Of a stretch of 64,000 bases of DNA, positions 40,801 to 54,627 are shown piece after piece. A program made the position numbers and the translations under genes. Positions within the stretch are counted from its first letter, which is position 1, and every line of letters begins with the position of its first letter. Source of the stretch: Antedon mediterranea (lineage: Eukaryota; Animalia; Echinodermata); the NCBI RefSeq assembly GCF_964355755.1, contig NC_092670.1, positions 39,668,388 to 39,732,387 of the forward strand, written 5' to 3'. Under the pieces are notes generated by a model that was given only the letters and a program-made list of their open reading frames with translations, was not told the origin of the DNA and did not search any database.

Positions 40801-43800
40801 TAATTTATCTCCTTTTGTAACTTGCATTCCTAGCCTAGCTGTCTTGTTGTAATAACGCTCCAGTTCTTCATCAGTTCTCCTGTAAAATTAGAGAGATTGT
40901 TTTTTTTATAATTCGGTAAGCAAACTTAACTATATATACTCTCCAAATGTATGAATTGAATAAAGTGAAGTATAAATGGGCATTTTCAATCTGTATACTG
41001 TACTTACGATCTTTCAACAAGGAAGGTATCTCTCCAAGGTTCAGTTCCTACGTAACGGAATACTTTCTTCTTTTTACCATTTGGACCTCGTTTATTTCTA
41101 AATAAATTATAGCAGTACAGTAATGGTTTAAAAGTAGAACAAGTTAGGAACTCTTAATCAAGTAAATAATTGTTGCACATCTGATTAAAGACAGTTTAAT
41201 TTGGAAAGAATAAAAATGTGTGATTTATTTTTATCATTTTTTATATTCTCAAGTAGTCTACAATGAACCTAGAAAAATACTGGTTCAAGTACACAAGCTT
41301 TAGATATAAATTTTGTTTTCACTAGAGGCATGCTGATTGGTTATTGAATGTAGGATGCGCTTCATGCTTCAAGTGATGTATATCTTTCTCCAAGTGATGT
41401 ATATCATGCACAAGTTCTGCATTACATTAGATCACTGACCTCTGTCAAGACCACTTAGCTAAGTTTATGTCTGACAAGACTTTAAGCATAGCAGTATTAT
41501 TTTGGATTCTTTATTTATATTCCACAACATCTTTAAATATCAATTCACCTTTTGCATTATCTTACAGTACACTTATTGGGATCATAGTTGACAAATTGTT
41601 TGTATGATAGGAGTCAACAACCTCCTCATCCTATCATCCTTTCAGCACCTTTGTGATGTCTTTAAATTTTCTTATTGCATTCTTACCTGCCAATATATGT
41701 ACTGTATAGTACAAGCTATCAATTTGTATTTTCTTTAAGTTATAGGATATTTTATTGATAAAGCAACAAACATGATTTGAAAAACATCTGGTCAGAGGTT
41801 GATAATTAACTTCAACACAAAGTAAGTTCTTGTTTATTCTACCCAAGTAGTGTTGATACTTTTTGATTAACTTTATTTTTATTACAGAATATTACTTCTC
41901 TTAAAATAAAAATACTAGAATGAAGTGCATAAAATAAACAATAAAACCTTTGAGTTGGCTTCTTTACAGGATAAATTTCAATGCGGATGTAAAAAGTCTA
42001 CCTAACCTAAAGCTAACCAATTTAAATTGTCATCAAAACTAAAATCCTATTTATACTAGGAAAATAACTATTAGACGATAACTAGACAAATAATCATTTG
42101 TATTAAATAAAAGAAAAGAAATTGGAAAAGTTTTATCCTAGAACTTTTATTGTGCGTCCAATCATGACCAAAACCGATTTTATTGTTTGTACTGTTCATG
42201 ACATCATTTGATTGGATTTAAAAAAACATAATTTTTATCAAAGACAGCATTAATTGTTATCCTATGATATCCTTATATATCCTATATCTTTTTCTATTTT
42301 TTGTTTGTTTTAGGTAAGAAAAAAATCTATTCTTGATCATTAACATTATCCTAGTGTGTAGAGCGTTCATATACATAAAGTATTAAATTGAACAGAATTT
42401 GGAAAGGTTTTTAAATAACATTTCAAAACTGCCCTTGTATGATAACATGTGGATATATTATTAGATTTGTACTACTGCTGTATATTTTGCATGAAATTTA
42501 TTTAAAATTTTAGCATTATGTCTACTGTACTGTCAACTGTGTAAATGTGTGTTATAAAAATCTAATTAACAGTATGACATCATTAAAATGTTAAAAGGCA
42601 AACAACGGAATGTGCAAGAAATGTTTCAGTGAGAATGATTCAAACAAAAACTGTCTCATGATTAATTGTCTTATAAAATATGAGAAAATACAGAATGAAG
42701 TTGTCTAAATATTAATGTCCCTACTGTATTAGATTGTTAAAAACATTTTCACATATGCAAACTTTGGAAAAAAGGAAAATTTTAACCAATTTAAACCATG
42801 CTCTCTATAAGGAATTTTAAGCAATGCCTCATGGTTTTAGGTGCAAAATTTGTAAAACTAACCGTAAAAGAATTCATTTGCACCTGTTGCCATTGACTAT
42901 TATATTAAATAAACTTAATAAACATAATTATTTTAAATTGTATTTTCATAAATTTATATATTTTTATCTTATATCTGACACTGATGTATTAATACATCTC
43001 CTTTTTTTAAATTGGTCCAAAAGGTTAGAATAATATTATGAGGTTATATAGATTATATATTTGGTTAAATAATGAAATGGATAAAGACATTCATTGTTAA
43101 ACACATATCTATATTAATAATGAAAGGTAAAACAAATTTAAAAACAAAAGAAAACAAAACAAAAGTAGCATTAGCTTAAATGTGGGAATTATGTTAGAAA
43201 ATGATAGAACTGAAATTTATGCAAATTAGAGGTTTGATGTGAATATTTATTGTGGGTTGAGTGCAAATTATGCAAATTAGAGGTTTGATGTGAATATTTA
43301 TTGTGGATTGAGTGCAAATTATGCAAATTAGAGGTTTGATGTGAATATTTATTGTGGATTGAGTGCAAATTATGCAAATTAGAGGTTTGATGTGAATATT
43401 TATTGTGGATTGAGTGCAAATTATGCAAATTAGAAGTTTGATGTAAATAATTATTGTGGATTGATAATAAATTATGCAAATTAGAGGTTTGATGTGAATA
43501 TTTATTGTGGATTGAGTGCAAATTATGCAAATTAGAAGTTTGATGTAAATAATTATTGTGGATTGATAATAAATTATGCGAATTATGCAAATTAGAGGTT
43601 TGATGTGAATATTTATTGTGGATTGAGTGCAAATTAGAGGTTTGATGTGAATATTTATTGTGGATTGAGTGCAAATTATGCAAATTAGAGGTTTGATGTG
43701 AATATTTATTGTGGATTGAGTGCAAATTATGCAAATTAGAGGTTTGATGTGAATATTTATTGTGGATTGAGTGCAAATTATGCAAATTAGAAGTTTGATG

Positions 43801-46800
43801 TAAATAATTATTGTGGATTGATAATAAATTATGCGAATTATGCAAATTAGAAGTTTGATGTGAATAATTATTGTGGATTGAGTGGAATGCAGCTAGCCAA
43901 CCTACTTGTATTTCCAGCATTTTTGTTCCAACATTCCAAGATGTTTCCATTTACATTGCCTGTGCAGCAAAAGCTAAATAATAAGCGGACTACTACACTA
44001 CGGTCTAATAATTGCTTGGCTATGTTCAGATTAATTTCAGCACTTTGATAGCATATTTCCAAAACTGTAATCATTTTCTATACAAAAGTGACATGGTTTT
44101 TGGTTTTTCTCGCACACATTTTGCTAAGAAAAGTGTTATATGAATTACATTTTTGTTCTGTTTAAGTAAGCAATTAATCTGAACATTACCAACATCGTTT
44201 TTTGGCGCTGTTTCAAGATTTTTGCTCTTTTTCCGTGCCATACAACAAGTGAAATACAAATCAAATCAAAGCATCCTAAAGCCTTTAGTGCATTTAAAGT
44301 GCAAACCAATAAACCCAGCATGCAAGTAAAATCAACTTTAATTCAATCCCATTAGTTGTGTGGACACAACATTAAATCATGGAGGTAAAAAATAATAATT
44401 GTTATCTCCATAATAATATGCATCTATGTTTGTTGATCCAGAAACAGTTGAAATATAACTAACAATTTCTTGTTATGTTACTTGCTAAACTTTACCTATG
44501 TGTAATGGTGTGTGCTGGATAATCAACTATCCACTTGAGAGCAAGTTAATGGATCAAAATATAAGACCTAAAGTGATTGCTTATTAACTTTTAAGCATCC
44601 TTTTGGGACTAACTAAGTGTTCTAAAAATATCACATTACTCATACAAGATATTCCTGACATAATATTTGTTTAACTTACAAGTTATGTTCAGACTTAATA
44701 GTCTGAACATTTTAAATAGATTAGTTAAATGTGTTTTTTCTTCAACTTACAAGCTAATAGTAATGGTGGACAGATGTCTACAATAAAATCATAATGAACT
44801 ATTTTCCTATGTTTTTGCATAGAATGTTGTAAAACTAAAACTTTTGGTGTATTTTATCATTTTTATTACAATAAAAATTTTCTGAATGTTTTAGCTAAAA
44901 CTACATACTTTATTTACATTTTGAGTTAATAAAAAGTGAAATAAATATTCAGATTTACCATTCTACATTAGGATTGTAAAAGACATTGCAAATAATTTGT
45001 CATTTCTATTTTGTATATGGTTTTTACACAATTTTGTTATTGTGTTTAGTAATTCCATGCATTAAAAAACATGGGGATATATCTGCTAAAATCTATACAG
45101 TATATCCAACTCACCAATTTCAGTGATATCATCGTAATTCACCATTTCTCTTTCATTAAGTAGCTATGATCACTAAACATTGGTTTCAAATATATTGAAA
45201 AACAAATTTATTGAAAAAGAGCACATACCGATTGCCTGGCTGTTCAAATAGCTTCAAGATGGACATTCCATCCATGTGCTCTGGTATTAAAATGCCTGCC
45301 ATGTCCAATATAGTTGGTGCTAAGTCTATGCTCAGAACCATATTTGGAACTCTGAAAAATGGTTACCATAAATTATAAAAATAAAATGTTTTTTTTTAAC
45401 AAGATAAATCCATGAAGAGTCAGAATGCAATCTAGACAATATGGACAAGAAAGGTGGCAAGTGAGAAAAGGTCAGTCAATAAGAATTTGAAAAAAAAAAA
45501 GAATTCGGATACTTTAAAAAATCAAGTAAACTTACTCAACTCCTTGTGGAATGCCGGGTCCACGGATAAGAAATGGTACTCGCAAATCAAAGTCATACGG
45601 CATCGACTTGCCCTTCACTAGTCCAAATTGCCCAAGATGATAACCATGGTCGGATGTAAATATTATATACGTATTGTCCAATTCTCCAATTGATTCCAAT
45701 TCCTGGCACAACTGTAAAAAAACATTTTTTTACATCAATTCATTAAGCTCTGTCTAAACTATGAAACTAGTTTTAAAAAATGAGATGTGCCCAAAAATGG
45801 ACATGATGATGTCATTTTACTACAATATTTGGGCATATCACTACCATATTTGGGTACATCACACTTTTTTTGTCAAACTAGTTTGATAGTGTAGACAGAG
45901 ATTAAGATACTCATCTTGCTATGATTAGTTTAGGAAAAGAAAGGAGTAGAGAAAACAATTAGAAAAACCAGTGTGTATCAGAGATTACTTTAGATTTTGG
46001 CGATGGTGGAATGGTTAGGTTAGGCCTAGCAGGTAAAAATGTAATATTCATCTTCTCAGAACTAGTAGCATTTGATTTGTATTCAATAACCATCACTCGT
46101 CATCACACTCAAAATAACACAAAACATTAATCAAGTTTTAAATGGCAATATATCAAAATAAATTAGCCTGTAATAGGTGATAACAACAACTCAACAAGAA
46201 GTCAAAAAACATCAATCCACAACTCAGTATTACCCCAATGAATCAACAATGATATAGTGCCAGCCATTTGGGAATCATCTCTAATGGATCTAGCAACAAA
46301 TCATGATATTGTTATATGAATTGACAGTTACAGTAACTAAATACATCTGTATGCATGTAGGAATGTGAGTGCAATGCTAGTGCTCCTCATTAAATTGATG
46401 AACCTTTGATCTTGGGAAATATAAATCTTGTGTTGGTCCAATAGAGATTCTGTTGGGGTTTGTATTTACAGGCTCTTGTAGACAGTGTTTGTCTACAGCT
46501 CCTTTAGTTGGAAACATGCTATGAAATGTTCTGTTTATAAAATAGATATGAAACGATTGAAAAAAAAGGGAGTTTAGTTTATTTTGCACCAGAATCTTGT
46601 ACTGTACTCCACATATGGCATTGTTTGTCAATTCTGTAAAAGTTTACCGTGTAATATATATCCCATCTGACATTTGGTGCCTAATTAGGGTTAGGCTTAT
46701 ATACTATATGATACATGTGACACTGTATTACAGAAGTTGCCTACAGGTATGATACTGGAGAAAATATAGATACAGTACTGAGAATTGACTAGTTTAAGGT

Positions 46801-49800
46801 GGACATGGATGGACAGATTATTTAGCAACATAACTAATACATGTATAATTTGCTATAAATCAATCAAAAGCTCTATTACACTATCAAACTTTATGTGACA
46901 ACAAAATGTGATGTGCCCATATATGGACATGATGATGTCATATTTGGGCATATCACTACCACATTTGGACATATTACTACCATATTTAGGCACGTGACAC
47001 CTTTTTTGTCAAATTAGTTTGATAGTGTAGACAGACCTTTACTTTGGGGGTGCACATATTTTGCCCTCTCGTTTTTATTATTTGTGGGTGAGTGGCCGAG
47101 CGGTTAAGACAGTGGAACCGTAATCACGTAGCCATAACATCGGCAGGGGTTCGAGGCTCACTCACTCCATGGTTCTGGTGGTAGAACGAGTCTTCTCGGA
47201 TAAGGACTATAAACCGTAGGTCCAGTGTACACAACTTGCTCGTGTGCACTTTAAAGAACCTAGTACATCTTTCGAGACGAGTAGGGGGTTACCCCGGTGT
47301 ATTAGTACATCACAGCCACTGATCACCAACTGGGCCCTCTGGGAGACCAGTCTTTGACTGAAGAGGTTACCCAGTATAAATATATATTTCAATCAATCAA
47401 TCAATCATTTCAATCAATTTATAAATTTAAAACAATGTTATAATCTTACCTTTTGAATGGCATCATCAACAGATACAAGAGTTATGAGCCTCTTGCGCTG
47501 CAAGGCATCAGTAAAGGCAATCTCTAAATCTGTCATTGGTTCCATCACCTGGATAATCCAATGTTTGTCAGGATTTGGCACATGATTCCATGTAGTTGTT
47601 CTTCAAAAAGAATAATAGTATACAGATAATGTAGGGATGCGGCGCACTTGAGGGTATTTACAATATTGCGACATGCACAACATTGTGAATATCGGTGAAT
47701 ACACATGATAGTGAAAAAATAAAGCGTGTACATGTGACACATTTCAGCCTGTCTGATTGGCTACATCCTTGAACCCATGTTATAATAAATATTAATCAAC
47801 AAGATAAACTCAAAGATTTGTTTATTTTCCTTCTGTAACTTTAGGATTTGATAATTTATTTCAAAGGATGCGTATGATACATAAAGTCTGTGTATAACTC
47901 TTTCATTAATCATTCTTAAGATTTTAATAGCTCTCTGGATTTAGCACCAAATTTTCATGGTACACACTGGTCTTTCAGATATAAACACAGGATTTTTATA
48001 AGAATTCTATGCTACATTCACGAATTAAAATTAATATTATCTGGTGCCGTTCAGGGCATATTTTGAATTGGATTTCTTCATACTTGCAACTTACCGATGT
48101 AGTTGGTTACCCTCAAAGAGATGCTGGTAGTGTGGGGCGCCATCTTCAGGCCCGTGGGGCCCAGGAAATGATACTACCATAGCAACTGGCAGTTCTGGGT
48201 AATTCATCTTTGATAGACGAAAAAAAGTTAAGCTGTCGTTTGCTATTAAATCTGGAAAATAATCTCTGAAAAAAAAGTTTAAATTTAGAGGAAACAAAAT
48301 GTAATAATTACTGTACTGTCTTATCTTTGCAGATACAATCAAGTCTTGCAAACCCAGACTCTATGAAAACCGTAAACTCTCCCAACACCAGACTATTCTT
48401 GGAGATCAAAAGGTCCCAAATACTAGACTTTCCAGAAAACCAGACATATTTGGCCAGCCCGAAGGTGTCCTGTATTGAGAGACTGTACTAAGATTGTATT
48501 TAACTAATTATCCGTGATTGTACAGAATATATACAAGTACTAGATGAAACGATAAAAGACAAATCTCAGTTGAAGCAACTTTTACGTCTATACTGTATTT
48601 TCTTAATTGTTTATTGGGAAGTTAATTATCTCTCTTTTCACTGACAGGCAATGTATAATATACATAGATACCTGTAATATATGATAAAATGTAATACAGT
48701 ATGTTTAACTTCTCAGTAGTGAGAGTATGCAAGTTGAATGCGAGACAGGATACAATGGATGTCAGAGGTCATGGACAGCTATCAGCAAGCTGACCGAGTA
48801 TGGAGTAAAAAAACAGCCAATGGCAAATTAGAAGAAGTTAAACAAGAAAACAAGGGTAAGAAGTCAAGCAAAGCCACAGGGCCAACTTAAGTTTCCTCAT
48901 ACCATCACTTTACTTGTATCACAACACCTGTGATCATTCAAACTAAGTCTCAATGATGCATGAAGTTATCCCAGAGGGATAAAAATAGCAGTTTACTCTG
49001 CCATTAAAACTCATTTTAAACTCATTTTCTTGTGGCAATATGTATTATTCCAAGATGAGTTCAATATGGCATGACATGCAATATCATTCATTCTGGACGA
49101 TAAACAAAGGAATCAATGGTGTGAATTTAAATAACTATTGACTTTACATTATGTATTACAGTAATATTCAAAATAACTCTATGTTCGAAAAATGTTTTCA
49201 TCTGGTTTTTATATTAACTATCTGTATATAATTAAAACCACTAACATCTAGTCATTGCCAGATGAAGATTTATTGGAAACAAGTCGAAATGTCACACACA
49301 CATACGTATTCATGAATGTTTTAACGTCAATAATTATATACAGATAACTCTATCTTACTTCTACATTAATATCTATTTTCTAATAATGCATATTATTGTA
49401 ACTGGAGAGGTACTATGCTGATAGTGAAAACAGAAATGATTGAAGAATTAATGTTTATGTCATCACAAAGAACTGATAAAATTTGGTTAAAAAATTCCAA
49501 ATTAAATTACTTGAAATAAATGCTTATAGAAGTGCACTGTACAAGCACTGTGAGAAAGTGGAGATAAATGTTGAAATTAAATTTAAATTAAATTAAATTT
49601 ACAACAAAGCAACTTGGACATTTGCTATGTAATGGAATTTTTTGAAACAAAATCAAAAGACCTATTAAGGCCAATTTACACAGACGAGCGGTAACGGTAA
49701 GCGGTAATTGTAAGCGAAAAACCGCTTGGCTTTTCCCATTTACACAGCGCGCGGAGTTCGCGAACAGAGTGGTGGAAAGTAGGTGCGTGTAGGCCTCGAG

Positions 49801-52800
49801 GCTAATGCATGTTACAGTCGCTGCTGGCCTGGATGTGACTGACTGTCAGTAGGCCTAGCACACACAGGCCTAAGTTTTAGAGGGAATTGTTGCCTAATAA
49901 CGTACTAAAATGTATATTTTCATTTCACTATCCTTATACAAACATTAGTCACGTCGTAGGTGTTTGTATTTCTGAATAAAAAGAAGAAGAAACTATAGGC
50001 TAGGCCTACTACGGCACTCGTATTTATTGTCGTCTTTCACTAGACGGACGCAAACAAAATTTGTTGATAGATGACGTCATTTCAATCATGTCGTTGGTTG
50101 GCCAGAATCCATAATTACCGTGCGGTATTTTCACAAAATCGAATCTGTTTCGATCCTGAGCGGATTTCCGCTCAACCGCTCGTCCGCTCCGCGTTCTGTG
50201 TAAATGGTCATAAGAAATAACATAGATTCTATTTTTGCGTTTTCCGCTCAACTTTACCGCTTACCGTTACCGCTCGTCTGTGTAAATTGGCCTTTATACA
50301 ACAGTTAACAAACACCTACTATACTGTGAAACTAGTACAGCAAATCTAAAGGTAAAGCTTTCTTTCTATAATTGTGCCTCAATTTTATTTTGCTTAAATT
50401 AAAATACATAAATAATTCACACATTAGGGAATGTCTGGTCAAAGGTCATTGTCTGGTCAGAGGTCATTCCAATGTTTTTGAAAACCACATCATCAACTAA
50501 AGTTCACTATGTGGTTAAAGTGCAAGCAGGATACAGACCTATGTTTCTTCAAAGTTTGTCAACTTCCTTAAATATAGCTACTAAACTTGGTCTATACAAT
50601 TATGTGTACACTAGATACTTTGATTTGATTTATTCTCAGTATTTGAAACTAATTGTTTCCTTAAAAAGTGTTTAGAAAGGTTATTAAAACCACAATTTAT
50701 TACACTAGTTAGAAAACTGTGTTCACTCATCCTTAATAAAGACATTATTACATTTTATGGTATGTTCTAATTTCTTGAAAAGCTAAGATTGAAAATACTG
50801 CAGAAAATTAGGATGTACAGTATTTGCTCTTCACAATTAGATTACGAAGCATAATACGAAATCCAATCTTGTGTGAATTACTCTTGCTAAAACTGCCAAT
50901 CAAGTGCAATCATGCATGACCAATTGCTTATCAGACCAACTTGTGAATGATGTACTGCACTGTACACAAGTTCTTTTTATTTTCTCCAATTTCAAAACTT
51001 TGCCATATTTTTAGCTTTACAGTATAATAGGCAACAGCATTTTTTAAATAATGTTTTGTGAATAAACAAAACATTCATACATTCAGTTGTGTGTGGTAAG
51101 ACAGCGTGGTTCCTATAGGAAGTTCTGTTACATACATTACAGATACAAAACATTTTTTTTTACTTCACAAATTATCCTTAAGCTTTGTCTACACTCTCAA
51201 ACTAGTTGGACAAACAAGTGCGATGTGCCCAAATATGGTAATGATATGACATCATCATGTCCATATATGGTAGTGATGTGACATCATGTCCATATATGGG
51301 CACATCACATTTTTGTTATCACATAAAGTTTGATAGTGTATAGCTTTAGAAACATACATTGAATTTAATTAAAACCTACCTGTAGTAATTGTCCCCATGT
51401 CTGTGTATATTGCCATTACGATTAATAGAGTAATTGTAGTATCTGGAATTTTGTAAAAGAGCTACCCATTCCCCCCAGCCATCGGGTATATGAGAACCAT
51501 TGTAGCGGTTTAAATATTTTCCAAAATATCCTGAAAAAATTAACCAGATAAGAGAAAATGACAATAAAAACCATGCACATAGGCAGTAATAATGCACAAT
51601 TGAAAAAACTCTCACTAAGCTGTTGTACACATAACATCAATCTTAAGAATTTGTTATGAAGTTTAGTTGTGATAAAATACAGAAAAAAATATGATGAATG
51701 AATTTGAATGATTCAACTCTAGATTATCTGATGCCACATCCATCTTTCAAAATAAAAAAAACGAAAGTCTGAAGATTGCTTGAATTCCTACACAAAATAA
51801 ATCTTTCTGTTTTATGGCAATTATCGCCTACAGTACTACGGTATCCCATTATAAATGGATGTACAAAAAATGTCTGCTGAGACATTATCTATTCTATAGG
51901 GGGTGGTTATTAAAACATTTTAAATCAATAATACAACACTAACACCTTGGAACAAGATTTTTTCCATTGAAAAAAAAAAAAACAAAACTGAATATGACAA
52001 TTTTTTTGTGTAAAATGCAACTACAGTACTATAGTAAAAAAGTAATGGGGTTCCAAAATCTGTTTTTGTTTTGCCTAAAGCTTTGCTACACCATCAAACT
52101 TTATGTGACAACAAAACTATGATGTGCCCATATACTGTATGGACATGATGATGCCATATCACCACCATATTTGGGCATATCACTACCATATATGGGCACA
52201 TCACACTTTTTTGTCACACTAGTTTGATAGTGTAGACAAAGCTTAACATACCTGTTCTATACTGATTCTGTTGAAGATAGGCACCAAAGTTTCTTTTTTC
52301 TGGGCCTTCAATCCACTCTTTGGATACACATGTCTCCTGGTTGTCAAATACACCAGTGTTATGCTCATACATGCCTGTCAGTATGCTGCTTCTAGACGGG
52401 CAACACAACGGTGTCGTCACAAATGCGTTGATGAAATTTGCACCGTTTTTGGCAAGATGGTGGTTGGTTTTGTTCATAGCTGACATCGAACCTGTAGAAT
52501 TTATAGCAATTTAATTAAGAGTTATACAGTACAGTACTGTAGGTCTACAGTATATAAAATCAAATCAGTTAAAATTGTGCTTAAAGATGTATTATCTCCC
52601 GAAAAAATAATTTCTTACATTTTTTTGTTTAATGTGCCATTTTAATGCCACATTAAACCTTCAAATCTGCCATTCACGAAAACCTTTAACGCTAATGACA
52701 ACAATTTTAAATGCATCTAAGATAACTATAGAATGTATGTGCGTAGAATTGTTAAATTGTGCCCATGTAAACTGAGAATTGTGCCCATGTAAACTGAGAA

Positions 52801-54126
52801 TTGTGCCCATGTAAACTGAGAATTGTGCCCATGTAAACTGAGAATTGTGCCCATGTAAACTGAGAATTGTGCCCATGTAAACTGAGAATTGTGCCCATGT
52901 AAACTGAGAATTGTGCCCATGTAAACTGAGAATTGTGCCCATGTAAACTGAGAATTGTGCCCATGTAAACTGAGAATTGTGCCCATGTAAACTGAGAATT
53001 GTGCCCATGTAAACCGAGAATTGTGCCCATGTAAACCGAGAATTGTGCCCATGTAAACTGAGAATTGTGCCCATGTAAACTGAGAATTGTGCCCATGTAA
53101 ACTGAGAATTGTGCCCATGTAAACTGTAGAAAAGGAGGTTTGAATAACTGTATGTACAGTAGCGTACTAATCAATCATGTATAATTTGCTAATTGCCAGC
53201 ATAATGTAGACAAATCACAGTACACTACAGTACGGGTAATGCTAAACTGCGCAAACCTAAAAAAAACCTGCGCAAACCTCCTCCAAATCACTTAATATTG
53301 GTTCTATCATGACTAGGACTACAGTACTGTATACAACATCACAAACATATTACACACACAATTCTTACAGGCTACTTTTAAATTAAAATTAAAATTTAAA
53401 GATTTTTAATAATGAATTAAATAACACTTTTAAATTGGAAGTCTTATTGGAAGTCTTATTGCAAACATAGTTTTGTGGAATGATTCACATTCTATAAATA
53501 AATTAAACATATAGTGCATACTCAATTGACAACATGTTAGTTATGACAAGGCTTTATAAATGATAAATGTACCAATATTTAATGCCATTTAAAAAGTAGT
53601 AAAGCAATCAATACTTCACATTAATTTAATGTTTGAAGGCTTGTATGATGAGAATTGTACAAATGTTTGTGATAATACCGTGTAATGTTTATAAACTCAT
53701 ATTTGGAAAAGTAGGCCTTACAGTACGACTGTCTTGTGTTTGATGTTAGTGTAAAGCCCTGTCTACACTATCAAACTTTAAAACTGTGATGTGCCCATAT
53801 ATGGACATGATGATGTCATATCACTACCATATTTGAGCATATCACTACCATGTTTAGGCACAATACCCTTCTGTTGTCAAAGTACTGTAGTTTGACAGTG
53901 TAGACAGAACTTCTGTATTCTTTATTGTGTTATTTCTACATGGATTTGTTTACAAAATGAATAAATAACTTGAAATGATGCAATTCATAAAAAACCTACC
54001 TAACACAACATCCTGGTCATCTGTCAAAATGAGTATAATGTTGGGTGGCTTACGAGGACGAGATTGCACAAACTTACAACTGATGACTATAAACACTACT
54101 GTCCAAGTAACAATGTCATGCTTCAT
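34374..54126 (-). CDS. SULF1: Extracellular heparan-sulfate 6-O-endosulfatase (Sulf1/Sulf2 family), ~805 aa
   Basis: Exons 54000-54126 (signal, [12 protein letters not shown]), 52252-52491 (CCPSR formylglycine motif), 51380-51530, 48095-48265, 47450-47600, 45536-45711 ([11 protein letters not shown]), 45229-45351, 41008-41097 (WRDTFLVER), 40750-40879, 40328-40511, 38284-38471, 36273-36451, 36028-36084, 35513-35649 (HWRTPPYW), 35130-35272 ([12 protein letters not shown]), 34866-34998, then 34672-34709 or 34374-34411. The basic hydrophilic domain is present. Confidence 0.93.
35815..35958. repeat. ~19-bp minisatellite
   Basis: GGAAACTGACCAGA(A/C)CAGA repeated about 7 times. Confidence 0.85.
36481..37935 (+). 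mobile_element. Non-autonomous Helentron/DINE-1-like (HINE) element
   Basis: 5' AACTAGA plus hairpin AATTCGTCA-CTA-TGACGAATT plus AGGTTATATGCA; (AAAT)n near the 3' end; terminal hairpin AGGTTATATGCAT-ATC-ATGCATATAACCT followed by AATAA. Confidence 0.65.
37958..38135. mobile_element. Tc1/mariner-type MITE (TA-CAGTC...GACTG-TA family); other copies ~25348-25533, ~48335-48488, ~55856-55905, 56548-56881
   Basis: TACAGTCAACTCTCC left end, TTGGGAGAGTTGACTGTA right end (intact at 25516-25533), shared CCAGACATATTTGGCCAGCC interior. Confidence 0.7.
38712..38752 (-). ncRNA. Minimal type I hammerhead ribozyme motif of the Penelope pLTR
   Basis: Minus strand reads CUGAUGA-A-GGGC(UAGUGUU)GCCC-GAAA-GC-UC|UGC: conserved core boxes, a 4-bp stem II and a palindromic AGCU stem III typical of dimeric PLE hammerheads. 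Confidence 0.75.
38728..39039. repeat. 22-bp tandem array x14 (GCAACACTAGCCCTTCATCAGT)
   Basis: Counted directly; the unit is the CUGAUGA/stem II half of the hammerhead. Confidence 0.95.
43213..43883. repeat. ~51-bp minisatellite (~13 units)
   Basis: Unit TGCAAATTATGCAAATTAGAGGTTTGATGTGAATATTTATTGTGGATTGAG with variants. Confidence 0.95.
47086..47417 (+). mobile_element. tRNA-derived SINE with Deu/Nin-type core (full length)
   Basis: A box TGGCCGAGCGG, B-box-like GGTTCGAGGC, core TCGGATAAGGACTATAAACCGTAGGTCC..GCACTTTAAAGAACC, (TCAA)n tail. Confidence 0.85.
49668..50293. mobile_element. PIF/Harbinger-like non-autonomous transposon, 40-bp perfect TIR, TTA TSD
   Basis: TTA|AGGCCAATTTACACAGACGAGCGGTAACGGTAAGCGGTAA...TTACCGCTTACCGTTACCGCTCGTCTGTGTAAATTGGCCT|TTA. 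A solo TIR lies at 5481-5508. Confidence 0.85.
52079..52243. mobile_element. AGCTCTGTC-family MITE, 8 nt from a Sulf exon
   Basis: TAA TSD on both sides; carries a TACTGTA insertion at 52133-52139. Confidence 0.85.
52755..53126. repeat. 22-bp minisatellite (~17 near-perfect units)
   Basis: Unit AATTGTGCCCATGTAAACTGAG. Confidence 0.95.
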
Positions 54127-54475
54127 AATTCCTGCAAAGTAAGAACAATCAGATTATGAAATATTGTATTTACGTCGAACATCATCAGTGCAATGAAATA
54201 CGGTCACATCACCTTTAACACTTGGGTGTCAATCAAGGACTTACAAAATTTGAAAAAAATCTTGAAAAAATATGTAAAAGTAGCAGCTGATAACAGTATA
54301 AACTACTTCTGCAAATGTTCAGCGTGTTTCCAAGATGTACAATTATTATTATATTATAACCAGTACGTACAGTAGGACCTACTTTACTTATAAGAGTACA
54401 GTACCCTTTTTGTCTAACTGTAGAAAAGTAGTTCAATATTAAAATATTAGTTTAAAAATTCAAATATAAACAACT

Positions 54476-54627
54476 ATTATATTATGCCTACTGGTTAATA
54501 TTATTATATTATGCCTACTGGTTAATATTATTATATTATGCCTACTGGTTAATATTATTATATTATGCCTACTGGTTAATATTATTAATATTATGCCTAC
54601 TGGTTAATATTATGCCTACTGGTTAAT
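54476..54627. repeat. 27-bp minisatellite (~6 units)
   Basis: Unit ATTATGCCTACTGGTTAATATTATTAT. Confidence 0.9.

Noticed and set aside
43189-43950. 253-aa His/Asn-rich ORF
   Set aside because: Translation of a 51-bp minisatellite; no splice or homology support.
43868-46631. Short ORFs in Sulf introns as a nested gene
   Set aside because: No recognisable motifs and no consistent splice phases.
47086-47170. tRNA gene (also 20149-20240, 22980-23067)
   Set aside because: The A/B boxes continue into a SINE core and tail, and there is no clean cloverleaf.
52661-53174. Three overlapping repetitive ORFs
   Set aside because: Artefact of a stop-free 22-bp repeat.
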